DNA of 64,000 bases, taken from the NCBI GenBank assembly GCA_017462455.1, contig JAFTRC010000048.1, positions 20,304 through 84,303 of the forward strand, in the 5' to 3' direction. The notes beneath the pieces were generated by a model. That model did not search any database. It saw only the letters and a program-made list of their open reading frames with translations, and had not been told where the DNA came from. Made by a program: the position numbers and the translations under genes. This DNA comes from Bacilli bacterium (GTDB lineage: Bacteria > Bacillota_I > Bacilli_A > RF39 > UBA660). The stretch's first letter is position 1; the number at the start of each line of letters is the position of its first letter. This document shows positions 49,697 through 59,395 of the stretch, piece after piece.

Positions 49697-50908
49697 GTGA
49701 ATAGTGTAGATATAGAAAATTTTGCAACTAATAAGATTATAGATTTGGTTTTACAAAATAGTGATATATTTAGTCCATATATTAATTCGAATGATAGAAC
49801 TCCTTTGTGGGACGGGAACATTTTTATATATAATAAAAATACTAAGACTAATGATGTATATGAGGGGAAAATTGATTTACAAATAAAAGGTAGAAAAGTA
49901 GATGTATTTAAAGATAAAAATACATATTCATTTAAAATAGAAACCTTAAAAGGATATCAAAAAGAAGTAAAAGGCACTTTATTACTTGTTGTGGATTTTA
50001 TTATGAAAATTCCTATTGAGTATAAAATTTATTATTGTAATTTACTTCCGGTAGATTTATATGAAATTTTAAAAGATGTTCCACAAGAACAAAAAACTAT
50101 AAATTTGAAACTTAAAGAAATACAGGAAAAAGGACCATTATCCTTTAAAAATGTTTGCTTAAATTTTTATAATAATTCAAAGTTCCAAGTGGGCAAGGAA
50201 ATAATAGACGTAAATCAATTTGATAGAATAGAAAGTATAACAACAATTTATAGTGGAGATGAAAATGGTTTTGCAACGCATTTTAAGTCTGGTGATGTAT
50301 ATACTTATGCAAAATTAAAAGATAGTGATAAGGAATTTGCAATGGTAAAAGCAAAAGAATGGATACCCTATAGAGAAATAAAAAAAGATATAAAAATAGA
50401 AGATAAAAAATATGCATCATCATATATTGTAATTGGTGATGGTGCCGAAGAAATTAAAATAAATCAAGTTAGGATAAGTTTTGATGAAAATAAAGTACAT
50501 TTTGAAATAAAAGGAAATGTATATGAAAGAATAAAATCTATTCAATTTATTTTAGCTTTATTAAAAAATCAATATATAATGGTCGGAGATTATAAATTAA
50601 ATTTACCTTTAAATAATCAAGAAAAAGTAGAAGAAAGTATTAAATTATATGAAAAAGAATTAGAATATTATAATATGGTAAAAAATGCTTTCGGAGTTTT
50701 TAATACTAAATTTGATATTCCTTATGAGAATTTATCAGAAGATGATGAAAAACAACTATTTGTATTGATAGGATTATTTAATGGTAGGATAAGAGAAGAT
50801 ATAAAAGTATTACATAAATATTATATATGTATAAATAAATATAAATTTCTTTTTATGATATTGAGGGATAAAAAACGATTATTAATTTCTATTCACAAAA
50901 AGCCTTAG
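49697..50908 (+). CDS. Hypothetical protein with possible PD-(D/E)xK-like N-terminal motif
   Basis: GTG start after GAGGA. N-terminal D(G)…EGK…QIKGRK arrangement is compatible with a restriction-endonuclease-like fold (weak). Confidence 0.4.
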   Translation: MNSVDIENFATNKIIDLVLQNSDIFSPYINSNDRTPLWDGNIFIYNKNTKTNDVYEGKIDLQIKGRKVDVFKDKNTYSFKIETLKGYQKEVKGTLLLVVDFIMKIPIEYKIYYCNLLPVDLYEILKDVPQEQKTINLKLKEIQEKGPLSFKNVCLNFYNNSKFQVGKEIIDVNQFDRIESITTIYSGDENGFATHFKSGDVYTYAKLKDSDKEFAMVKAKEWIPYREIKKDIKIEDKKYASSYIVIGDGAEEIKINQVRISFDENKVHFEIKGNVYERIKSIQFILALLKNQYIMVGDYKLNLPLNNQEKVEESIKLYEKELEYYNMVKNAFGVFNTKFDIPYENLSEDDEKQLFVLIGLFNGRIREDIKVLHKYYICINKYKFLFMILRDKKRLLISIHKKP

Positions 50909-50943
50909 ATCATATTATTCGTGCTTATGAAATCAGTGGAAAA

Positions 50944-51426
50944 ATGGTAAAAACAAGTTTGTATTCTTCTCTAAATGAGGATGATATTTTAGATGTTTCT
51001 AATTTTAATGACAAAATAATAATGAAAAGTTTTAAAGGTATACCTTTTACAGAAGAATTGATGATTGAGGTAAATAATTTAATTTTAACCTTTATAAAAT
51101 TATATAATAAGACAAAAAATAAATTATATATTAATTTAGCTGATAAATTAAGTCAAATTAACACTAAGAATAGAAATGATGATATAGATATTATCAATGC
51201 AAAACAAATAAAAAAAATAAAAAATACATTATCGTCAAGGGATAAAAAAATATTATATGAGATAGGTGTAAATGAAGAATATAAAGATGATTATATGATG
51301 TTGGCAAGTATAGATATTTTGCTTGAAAACGATTATTCCTTTCAGCAACACTTTAAAAAAATGTCAAAATCTGATAAAGAAACTTTTAAAGAATTTCCAA
51401 TATACAATTTAGTGAAAAAATCATAA
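50944..51426 (+). CDS. Hypothetical protein
   Basis: ORF downstream of the previous gene; no recognisable motifs. Confidence 0.4.
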   Translation: MVKTSLYSSLNEDDILDVSNFNDKIIMKSFKGIPFTEELMIEVNNLILTFIKLYNKTKNKLYINLADKLSQINTKNRNDDIDIINAKQIKKIKNTLSSRDKKILYEIGVNEEYKDDYMMLASIDILLENDYSFQQHFKKMSKSDKETFKEFPIYNLVKKS

Positions 51427-51581
51427 TTAATATGGTTAGTATAAAATATAAATGATTATTTTTATTTTGTTAAAAAACTACCCAAATAACATGTAAGATA
51501 ACGTGTAAGATAAAGGTAAGATGATTGATATTATTTTTGATTTGTGGTATAATATTAACAGAAAATTAAGAGGTGATTTTA

Positions 51582-52577
51582 ATGCAAAAATATGTGCCAC
51601 CATTTACTATTTCAAACAAGATGTTAGAACTTGTTGGTAGTATAATGGAAAAAGTAGGAAAGTTAGATAATTTTAGTAATTTAAATAAAATGCCAGTACT
51701 TAGAAGAAATAATCGTATTCATTCAATACATTCATCATTAGCTATTGAAGCAAACTCACTTTCATTTAACCAAGTTAAAGACGTTATTAATGGTAAATTA
51801 GTACTTGGAGATCAAAAAGAAATACAAGAAGTAAAAAATGCTTATAAAGCTTATGAGATGATGAGTGAATCTAATCCATATAGTATTAAAGATTTATTAA
51901 AAGTTCATGGAACTATGACATTTTTGACAGTAGAAGAATCTGGAGTATTTAGAAAAGGTGGAGAAGGTGTATTTGATGAAAATGGTAATTGTATTTTTAT
52001 TGCACCTAAACCTGAATATGTAGAATCTTTAATGAATGATTTATTTAATTGGATGAAAGAGTCTAAAGATGAAATACATCCATTAATATTATCTTCTATA
52101 TTTCATTATGAATTCGTATTTATTCATCCATTTAGTGATGGTAATGGTAGAACTGCTAGACTTTGGCAAAATATAATTCTATCTAAATGGAAAGAAATAT
52201 TCGAATATGTACCAATTGAATCACAAATAAAAAAATATCAAGAAGAATATTATAAAGCAATTAATAATTGTAATAAAACAGGTAATTCTAATGAATTTAT
52301 AGAATTTATGTTAGATATGATTGATAAAGAATTAGATAACCTATTAACAAATACTGAAAAAGAAATAACTCACATCAGTGGATATGTAACTAAATTACTT
52401 GAAGTAATGGATTATAATATTCCAATGAGTGCATTTGAAATAATGGAAAAGTTAGGGTTAAAATCTAAAGACTCATTTAGAGATAATTATTTAAATCCTG
52501 CTCTTGAAAGTGGATTAATTAAAATGACTTTACCAGATAAACCAACTAGTAAAAATCAAATGTATTATAAAGATTAA
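51582..52577 (+). CDS. Fic-family protein (AMPylation/Fido domain)
   Basis: Canonical Fic motif HPFSDGNGRTAR; start refined to ATG 51582 after AAGAGGTGA. Confidence 0.85.
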   Translation: MQKYVPPFTISNKMLELVGSIMEKVGKLDNFSNLNKMPVLRRNNRIHSIHSSLAIEANSLSFNQVKDVINGKLVLGDQKEIQEVKNAYKAYEMMSESNPYSIKDLLKVHGTMTFLTVEESGVFRKGGEGVFDENGNCIFIAPKPEYVESLMNDLFNWMKESKDEIHPLILSSIFHYEFVFIHPFSDGNGRTARLWQNIILSKWKEIFEYVPIESQIKKYQEEYYKAINNCNKTGNSNEFIEFMLDMIDKELDNLLTNTEKEITHISGYVTKLLEVMDYNIPMSAFEIMEKLGLKSKDSFRDNYLNPALESGLIKMTLPDKPTSKNQMYYKD

Positions 52578-52596
52578 TAATATTAGAGGTAGTAAT

Positions 52597-53124
52597 ATGA
52601 TATATTTTATTTCAGATACACATTTTAATCATAGTAATATTATTGAATATTGTAATAGACCTTTTAATGATATAAAAGAAATGAATGATACATTAATAGA
52701 TAATTGGAATAGTATAGTAAAAAAAGATGACATAGTATATCATTTAGGAGATTTTGCTTTAGCTGATGAAGAAGAATTAAAAGTATTATATTCAAAACTT
52801 AATGGAACTATAATTCTTATTAGAGGAAATCATGATGGAAAATCTGCTAAATACTATGAAGAAATAGGATTTAAAGTTTTAACTAATGCTCCAATTAAAT
52901 TAGATGAATATAAATTAATATTATCACATACACCTGTACCTGATACTAAAATTCCTGATGGTTATATTAATATACATGGACACATCCATAATAAAAAATT
53001 AATTGATGGGTATCCAACTAAAATATATAGTGCAGATAAACATATTAATGTAAGTGTAGATGCTATTAATTTTAAGCCACTTGGTTTAGAAGAAATAAAT
53101 GCTTTAAAAATAGAGCATCAATAA
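52597..53124 (+). CDS. Calcineurin-like metallophosphoesterase
   Basis: Motifs ISDTHFNH, LGDF, RGNHD, HGHIH. Confidence 0.75.
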   Translation: MIYFISDTHFNHSNIIEYCNRPFNDIKEMNDTLIDNWNSIVKKDDIVYHLGDFALADEEELKVLYSKLNGTIILIRGNHDGKSAKYYEEIGFKVLTNAPIKLDEYKLILSHTPVPDTKIPDGYINIHGHIHNKKLIDGYPTKIYSADKHINVSVDAINFKPLGLEEINALKIEHQ

Positions 53125-53126
53125 AT

Positions 53127-53154
53127 TTGACAAAATAAAAAATTATAGTATAAT
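53127..53154 (+). promoter_or_regulatory. Sigma-A-type promoter TTGACA-N16-TATAAT for the T-box/tyrS transcript
   Basis: Canonical hexamers at 53127-53132 and 53149-53154. Confidence 0.6.
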
Positions 53155-53159
53155 TTAAT

Positions 53160-53376
53160 TTAGTTAATTAAAAAGCGATTCATTCGGAGTAATTATTTTT
53201 AAATATTTGATAGAGAGCTTATGGTTGGTGGAAATAAGTAAAAAAGAAATAATGAATTACAAATGATGATTTTAATCGGATAGTATCCGTTATCAATAAG
53301 AGGTAATAGACTATTATTACAAATAAAGGTGGTACCACGAGCAATTCGTCCTTTTTGGATGCTTGCTCGTTTTTTA
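53160..53376 (+). promoter_or_regulatory. T-box riboswitch leader with terminator
   Basis: Conserved T-box sequence AAAGGUGGUACCACG at 53325-53339. Overlapping terminator ACGAGCAA…TTGCTCGT plus T6 at 53338-53376. UAC/UAU triplets are present in the stem-I region (specifier not resolved). Confidence 0.75.
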
Positions 53377-53475
53377 TTTTCAAGGAGGTGATTTGTATGG
53401 ATAGTGATTATTACTATTATTACTTTGATGAATGTAATTTAATTAACTATACAAATTATTTAGGAGGAAATAAAA

Positions 53476-54717
53476 ATGGAAAAGAAATTATTTGATATCC
53501 TTAAAGAAAGAGGATACGTAAAAGATTTAACACATGAAAAAGAAATTATTGATTTGATTAATGGAGAACCAATGACATTTTACTTAGGAATAGATCCTAC
53601 TGCTGATAGTTTGCACATAGGACATTTCTTTGCTTTAACAATGTTTAGATGGTTACAAGATTTTGGACATAGAGGAATCATATTAGTTGGTGGTGCAACA
53701 GCATTAGTTGGAGATCCAACAGGTAAAAGTGACATGAGAAAAATGTTATCAAAAGAAGAAGTTGCTCATAATAAAGCAGAAGTAAAAGAATTAGTAAAAA
53801 GATTTATTAGAACTGATGGAGATAATCCTGCAATTATTGTTGATAATGCAGATTGGATTTGCGATAAAACTTATGTTGATTTTATGAGAGATATTGGAGT
53901 TCACTTCAATGTTAATAATATGCTTAGTGCAGAATGTTACAAAAAGAGATTAGAGCAAGGCGGATTAACATTTCTTGAAATGGGATACATGTTAATGCAA
54001 GCATTTGACTTTGTACATTTAAATAAAGAATTTAATTGTAAACTGCAAATAGGTGGTTCTGATCAATGGGGAAATATTTTAGCAGGTGTTGACCTTTCAC
54101 GTAAAATAGGTTTTAGTGAAGGCAAGAAAATAGACCCTTTATTTGGATTTGTTTGTCCACTTTTATTAAAAGCTGATGGAGAAAAAATGGGTAAAACAGC
54201 AACAGGTACACTTTGGGTTTCAAGAGAAAAAACAAGTGCTTTTGATTTCTTCCAAGCTTGGATAAATTCATTTGATGAAGATGTAGAAAGAAGTCTAGCT
54301 TTCTTTACAAGAATGGAAATGAAAGATATTAAAGAATTATGTCAAAAAGATATAAGAGAAGCTAAAAAGTTATTAGCATTTGAAGTAACTAAATTAGTTC
54401 ATGGTGAAGAAGAAGCAATTAAGGCAAAACAAATTGCTGAAGAATTATTTGCTGGTATTGGTGTATCAGAAAATATGCCCTCAACAACTATATCTAAAGA
54501 AAAATTAGGAATTAATATTTTGGATTTATTAGTTGAAACAAATTTAGTATCATCAAAATCAGAAGCAAGAAGATTAGTAGAACAAAATGGTATTTCAATT
54601 AATCAAACAAAAGAAAATGATGTTAATACAATAATAGAAGAATCAGATTTTGAGGATGGATTTATTATTATTCAAAAAGGTAAAAAAGTATTTTTAAAGT
54701 TAAAATTTGACAAATAA
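53476..54717 (+). CDS. tyrS: Tyrosyl-tRNA synthetase
   Basis: HIGH motif (SLHIGH), KMSKS-like KMGKT, C-terminal S4 RNA-binding domain (LVSSKSEARRLVEQNGISIN); 413 aa. Confidence 0.85.
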   Translation: MEKKLFDILKERGYVKDLTHEKEIIDLINGEPMTFYLGIDPTADSLHIGHFFALTMFRWLQDFGHRGIILVGGATALVGDPTGKSDMRKMLSKEEVAHNKAEVKELVKRFIRTDGDNPAIIVDNADWICDKTYVDFMRDIGVHFNVNNMLSAECYKKRLEQGGLTFLEMGYMLMQAFDFVHLNKEFNCKLQIGGSDQWGNILAGVDLSRKIGFSEGKKIDPLFGFVCPLLLKADGEKMGKTATGTLWVSREKTSAFDFFQAWINSFDEDVERSLAFFTRMEMKDIKELCQKDIREAKKLLAFEVTKLVHGEEEAIKAKQIAEELFAGIGVSENMPSTTISKEKLGINILDLLVETNLVSSKSEARRLVEQNGISINQTKENDVNTIIEESDFEDGFIIIQKGKKVFLKLKFDK

Positions 54718-54739
54718 AAAAAATAGTGTATAATACATA

Positions 54740-54865
54740 AGCAAGTGAGGGGATATAAGCACTTATGTGCAAGCTATTCCGGGTGAAAGCCTACACGAAC
54801 TTTTAAAGTACGGAGTCACTAAATTATTTAGTTGATTTCGTACTTTTTATGTATAAAAAATTAAC
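54740..54865 (+). promoter_or_regulatory. Structured leader/attenuator RNA, copy A
   Basis: Conserved blocks AAGTGAG, TATAAGCA, AGCTA, TACACG, AAAG.ACGGAGTCAC, then hairpin and T-run. Paralogous to 56378-56475. Confidence 0.45.
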
Positions 54866-54885
54866 TAGGAAAGGAGGTATATAAT

Positions 54886-55965
54886 ATGGATAAGTTTGAT
54901 AATGTTGTAAGAAAAAATATATATGAATTAAAATTTAATAATAGTAGATTACCAGGTAAAGTAGATAACAAATCTATTAATCAAGGTAAAAATTATTATA
55001 TATTAGATTTATCATATGATAATTTTAATAAATTTATAAATGATTCAAATAATAAAATAGATTTACCACTTAATATAAATATATATGACGAATCTATAAT
55101 TGAAACTAATGAAGATTTAGAATTAAGAATAAATTTATTAAATAAGTTAAATCAACTAAATATAAATTCTATTAATTTTTATTTTTCAGATAGTACACTT
55201 TATTATTATAATTTATTAATGAATAAAATGGGTTGGAAACATAGTGATGCTACATCAATTTACTTAAGTTTAGATAGACATCCTGTAGGTAAGAAACCAA
55301 ACGATTTGAATTTAGAACTTGCAAAAGGAAAAATAAATATTAATGAAGAAAAATTATTATGGTTATCAGATAATACATTAATAAAACTACAAGGCAAAGT
55401 AGAAGATAGAATAATAAAAGATGCTTATAATTTAAAAGATGTTGCTAAAAAGTTTTATGAATACGTAGATATTAATTATGATATTTCTAAATTAAGTGAA
55501 TATGGCAAATTACTTATTGCTTATGAATATGTTAAAAATGTATTAAAAATTAATTTTGCAAGCAGATATACAACTACAGTTAATGGAAAGCAAGAACTAA
55601 TTAATCCTCATCCAAGTTATATATCTGAGCCTTTCGGAACTTATAAAAATAAAGAGGGAGTTTGTGAAGGTCAAGCGAGACTTATAAGAGTATTATTAAA
55701 TAATCATTTTATGAAAATGGATGCAGTAACATTAAGTGGCAAATGTAATTTAGGTAATCATGCTTGGGTAGGAGCAGTAATAAATGATAAATTATTTGAA
55801 TGTTGTCCAACTATGAAAGGACCATTTAGAGATTTAAGTAGAAGTGGATATATAATAAATGATGAAGAAATATATCCAAAAATATATAAAAGAAGTTATT
55901 TAACTGATGAACAAATAAATCAAGTACGAAATCATGTAAAACAATTAAAGAAAGAAGGAAGATAA
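54886..55965 (+). CDS. Transglutaminase-like cysteine protease superfamily protein
   Basis: Cys/His region GVCEGQARLIRVLL…GNHAWVGAV, consistent with a transglutaminase-like catalytic core (moderate). Confidence 0.5.
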   Translation: MDKFDNVVRKNIYELKFNNSRLPGKVDNKSINQGKNYYILDLSYDNFNKFINDSNNKIDLPLNINIYDESIIETNEDLELRINLLNKLNQLNINSINFYFSDSTLYYYNLLMNKMGWKHSDATSIYLSLDRHPVGKKPNDLNLELAKGKININEEKLLWLSDNTLIKLQGKVEDRIIKDAYNLKDVAKKFYEYVDINYDISKLSEYGKLLIAYEYVKNVLKINFASRYTTTVNGKQELINPHPSYISEPFGTYKNKEGVCEGQARLIRVLLNNHFMKMDAVTLSGKCNLGNHAWVGAVINDKLFECCPTMKGPFRDLSRSGYIINDEEIYPKIYKRSYLTDEQINQVRNHVKQLKKEGR

Positions 55966-55966
55966 T

Positions 55967-56374
55967 ATGGAAAGAAAAAGAATAGGTAAATTTTATGCTA
56001 CTGCATTTGATGAAACTATATATACTTTTATAGTATATGAAGATGGTATTGCTTGTCCTAATTTAGGAGTACAAAAAGCAAAAAGAATAGTATTAAAACC
56101 AAAATTTGAATTAATTGGATATGAAAATGATTGGTATATGATGCCTATTAAAGCAGGATACCAAGAAGGTTTAATTAAAACTTATGATATAGATGATGAG
56201 TTATTCAAATATATGAAATTAAAAGGTATGCTTTTCTACAGCACTGAGATGGCTCATCTATATGGATTTGAAGATAAAAAAGGTTTCGATGCAGAGTTTA
56301 ATAAAACACCATTTAAAAGAGTAAAAGATAAACAAAAAATATTAACAAAACAAAAACAAGGAATATTTAACTAA
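55967..56374 (+). CDS. Hypothetical protein
   Basis: ATG immediately after the previous stop. Confidence 0.45.
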   Translation: MERKRIGKFYATAFDETIYTFIVYEDGIACPNLGVQKAKRIVLKPKFELIGYENDWYMMPIKAGYQEGLIKTYDIDDELFKYMKLKGMLFYSTEMAHLYGFEDKKGFDAEFNKTPFKRVKDKQKILTKQKQGIFN

Positions 56375-56377
56375 GTG

Positions 56378-56475
56378 AGTATGTATAAGCAAAGCGAGCT
56401 ACATAGAGAGAAATCTTACACGTGAAAGACACGGAGTCACTTTTTACAAAGTGATTTTGTGTCTTTTTGTTATTA
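56378..56475 (+). promoter_or_regulatory. Structured leader/attenuator RNA, copy B
   Basis: Same conserved blocks as copy A; terminator GACACGGAGTCAC…GTGATTTTGTGTC plus T5. Confidence 0.45.
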
Positions 56476-56512
56476 TTTGTGTTATAATTTAAATAGAATA
56501 GGATGTGAAAAT

Positions 56513-57262
56513 ATGAATGATGAAATAAAATATACAAAGGAATTTTATGATCAAGATTACAATATTAAAAGATATGGAGATGCTGTTGATAATGTTGGTT
56601 TATGGAATTCAGAAAAAATCATTTTTGAAAAATATATAAATAAAGAAGATAGAGTTTTGGATCTTGGTTGTGGTGCAGGCAGAACTACTATTAATTTATT
56701 TAAAAAAGGATACAAAAATATAATAGGTCTTGATTTATCTACAAGTTTGATAGAATATGCTAAGAATTATTGTATAAAAAATAATTTAGACATAGAATTT
56801 GTAAATGGTGATGCTACAAAATTAGAATATGAAGATAATAGTTTTGATGTTGTTATATTTTCATTTAATGGAATGCAATGTATTCCAGGAAAAATAAATA
56901 GAGATAATGTTTTAAAAGAAGTATATAGAGTATTAAAACCAGGTGGATTATATATTTTTACAGCACACAATAGAGATGATTCTGGGAGTTTTCAAAAAGT
57001 GTGGGAAGAAGAAAAAATAAAATGGGAAAATGGAACACAAGATAAAAATTTAGAAATTTATGGTGACAGATATACTATAGATAGAACAGGTGAAGTAGCT
57101 TTTGTGCACTTTTCTAATATAGAAGAAATGATAGATTTTATAAATCAAGAAAAATTTGAAATAGTAGAATATAAAAAGAGTACTGATATATCGGAAGAAT
57201 CAGAGGTTACTAAAGAATTTGCAGGCGCTACAGTATTTTGGATAGTAAAAAAATATATTTAG
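56513..57262 (+). CDS. Class I SAM-dependent methyltransferase
   Basis: Motif I VLDLGCGAGRTT; start refined to ATG 56513 after AGGATGTGA. Confidence 0.75.
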   Translation: MNDEIKYTKEFYDQDYNIKRYGDAVDNVGLWNSEKIIFEKYINKEDRVLDLGCGAGRTTINLFKKGYKNIIGLDLSTSLIEYAKNYCIKNNLDIEFVNGDATKLEYEDNSFDVVIFSFNGMQCIPGKINRDNVLKEVYRVLKPGGLYIFTAHNRDDSGSFQKVWEEEKIKWENGTQDKNLEIYGDRYTIDRTGEVAFVHFSNIEEMIDFINQEKFEIVEYKKSTDISEESEVTKEFAGATVFWIVKKYI

Positions 57263-57278
57263 AATAGGATGTGATAAT

Positions 57279-57716
57279 ATGAATTATAAATTAATTCCAA
57301 TTACTGAAAACGATTATAATTTTATATATAATTTAAAGAAAAATGCTTATATGAAATATGTAGATGAAATATGGGGATGGAATGAAGAAGCACAACAAGG
57401 TTATTTCGAAAACTTTATTGAAAAATATAAAAATAATACATATTTAATTAAGTTAGATGATAAAGTTATAGGATTTTATAATGATGAAATTTTAGAAAAT
57501 GGAGATTATGAAGTAGGAAATATTTGTATAATACCTGAATATCAAGGTAAAGGTATAGGGACTAAAATTTTAAAAGATATTTTAGAAATTAATAAAGACA
57601 AGAATATACATATACAATATTTTAAACAAAATCCAGTTGGTAATTTGTATGCTAGATTAGGATTTATTCCAAACGGTGAAACAGATTATCATTATCAAAT
57701 GATTAAAAGGAAGTGA
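57279..57716 (+). CDS. GNAT-family N-acetyltransferase
   Basis: Motif A EYQGKGIGTKIL. Confidence 0.75.
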   Translation: MNYKLIPITENDYNFIYNLKKNAYMKYVDEIWGWNEEAQQGYFENFIEKYKNNTYLIKLDDKVIGFYNDEILENGDYEVGNICIIPEYQGKGIGTKILKDILEINKDKNIHIQYFKQNPVGNLYARLGFIPNGETDYHYQMIKRK

Positions 57717-57720
57717 AAAT

Positions 57721-58278
57721 ATGAATGATTTAGGAACAATTACTTTAGAAACAGAAAGATTAATATTAAGAAGATTTAAAATAGAAGACGCAGAAGGAAT
57801 GTATAATAATTGGGCTACTGATCCAGAGTGTAATAAATATTTAAGTTGGAATTTACACAAAAACGTAGAAGAAACAAAAAGTATTATTCAAATGTGGATT
57901 GATGAATATGATAAAGGTAGTTATAATTGGGTTGTTGAAATAAAAGATACACGAGAAATAATTGGAAATATAAGTGCTGTTCATATCCATAAAAAAGATT
58001 TAAATTGTGAAATAGGATATTGTTATGGTTCTAAATATTGGGGTAAAGGTTATGGAACTGAGGCACTTAAAAGGGTAATTGAATTTTTCTTAAACGATTG
58101 TTCTTTACATTTAGTAGAAGCTCGACATATAAGTGGCAACCCAGCAAGCGGTAGAGTTATGGAAAAGTCTGGAATGGAAAAAGAAGCAATATTAAAAGAT
58201 AGAAGAATCAATAAAGATACAAAGCAATTAAATGATTTAATAGTTTATTCAATAACAAAAAAAGATTGGAAGAGATAA
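57721..58278 (+). CDS. GNAT N-acetyltransferase (RimJ/RimL-like)
   Basis: KYWGKGYGTEAL and GNPASGRVMEKSGMEKE, typical of the RimJ/RimL subfamily. Confidence 0.75.
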   Translation: MNDLGTITLETERLILRRFKIEDAEGMYNNWATDPECNKYLSWNLHKNVEETKSIIQMWIDEYDKGSYNWVVEIKDTREIIGNISAVHIHKKDLNCEIGYCYGSKYWGKGYGTEALKRVIEFFLNDCSLHLVEARHISGNPASGRVMEKSGMEKEAILKDRRINKDTKQLNDLIVYSITKKDWKR

Positions 58279-58279
58279 T

Positions 58280-58813
58280 ATGCATAATGTAGTATTAGAA
58301 TCTGAAAGATTAATATTAAGAGCTTGGAAAGATGAGGATGCAAAAGATTTACAAGCTGGCTTAAATAATTTAGAAGTATCTAAATGGCTTGCTTTTGTTC
58401 CATATCCTTATACATTACAAGATGCAAAATCATTTATTGATTTTACAAAAAATAGTAACAATTATGAATTTGCTATTGTACTTAAAGAAGAAAATAAAGT
58501 AATAGGTGGAACTGTGCTTGCTAACATAAAAGATAAATCTGCAGGTGGAGGAATTTGGATTAATCAGAAGTATTGGGGTAAAGGTTATGGTAGAGAAGCT
58601 TTTGGAAGAAGAGTTGAGTTTGCTTTTAATGATTTAAATTTAGAAAGACTTGAAAATGGATATTTTAAAGGTAATGAAAAATCATTTAAAATGCAAGAAA
58701 GTTTAGGCTATGTAAAAAATGGAATAATAAAAAATAAATATATTAGTAAAGCAACAGGAAAAGTAGAAGATGAACATTCAACTTTACTTTTGAAAGAAAA
58801 CTGGATTAGGTAG
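58280..58813 (+). CDS. GNAT N-acetyltransferase (RimJ/RimL-like)
   Basis: KYWGKGYGREAF and GNEKSFKMQESLGY. Confidence 0.75.
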   Translation: MHNVVLESERLILRAWKDEDAKDLQAGLNNLEVSKWLAFVPYPYTLQDAKSFIDFTKNSNNYEFAIVLKEENKVIGGTVLANIKDKSAGGGIWINQKYWGKGYGREAFGRRVEFAFNDLNLERLENGYFKGNEKSFKMQESLGYVKNGIIKNKYISKATGKVEDEHSTLLLKENWIR

Positions 58814-58851
58814 CAATTTTATAAAAATAAAAAAGGAAATGAGGTGATAAT

Positions 58852-59379
58852 ATGGAATACAGATTACCGAGATTAGAAGATATTGATTTAATGAAATCAT
58901 ATATTGAAGATCATTATTCACATAGTGAGTATAGTTTAAGCGCAAGTAATATGCTTACTTCAATGAAATGGGAAGATTGGGTAAAAAAAGTAAATAATAA
59001 TGCAGTTATACCAGATGAGGAATGGGGTAAATCATTAACTTATTTAGTTATAGATGATTATAAATTAATTGGACTTTTAAGTATAAGATATGGTTTGCCT
59101 GATAAACTTGCACAAATATATGGTCATATTGGTTATGGGGTAAGACCTAGTGAAAGATGCAAAGGTTATGCTACTAAAATGTTAAAATATGCGCTAGTAG
59201 AATGTAAAAAATTAGGTATGGAAAGAGTAATATTAGGTTGCTATAAAGAAAATATAGGATCTGCTAAGACTATTGTAAAGAATGGTGGACAACTTATCAG
59301 AGAAACAGAAGACGAGAAAGAAATAAGTGAATATTGGAAAGTAAAATTAATAAGTCAATATTATGAAATAAAATTATAA
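58852..59379 (+). CDS. GNAT-family N-acetyltransferase
   Basis: ERCKGYATKMLKYAL and GSAKTIVKNGG. Confidence 0.65.
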   Translation: MEYRLPRLEDIDLMKSYIEDHYSHSEYSLSASNMLTSMKWEDWVKKVNNNAVIPDEEWGKSLTYLVIDDYKLIGLLSIRYGLPDKLAQIYGHIGYGVRPSERCKGYATKMLKYALVECKKLGMERVILGCYKENIGSAKTIVKNGGQLIRETEDEKEISEYWKVKLISQYYEIKL

Positions 59380-59395
59380 TAAATGAGGGGTACTT

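Noticed and set aside
53160-53376. Possibility that the tyrS leader is only a terminator
   Set aside because: The conserved T-box sequence AAAGGTGGTACCACG overlaps the 5' strand of the terminator, which is the diagnostic T-box antiterminator arrangement.
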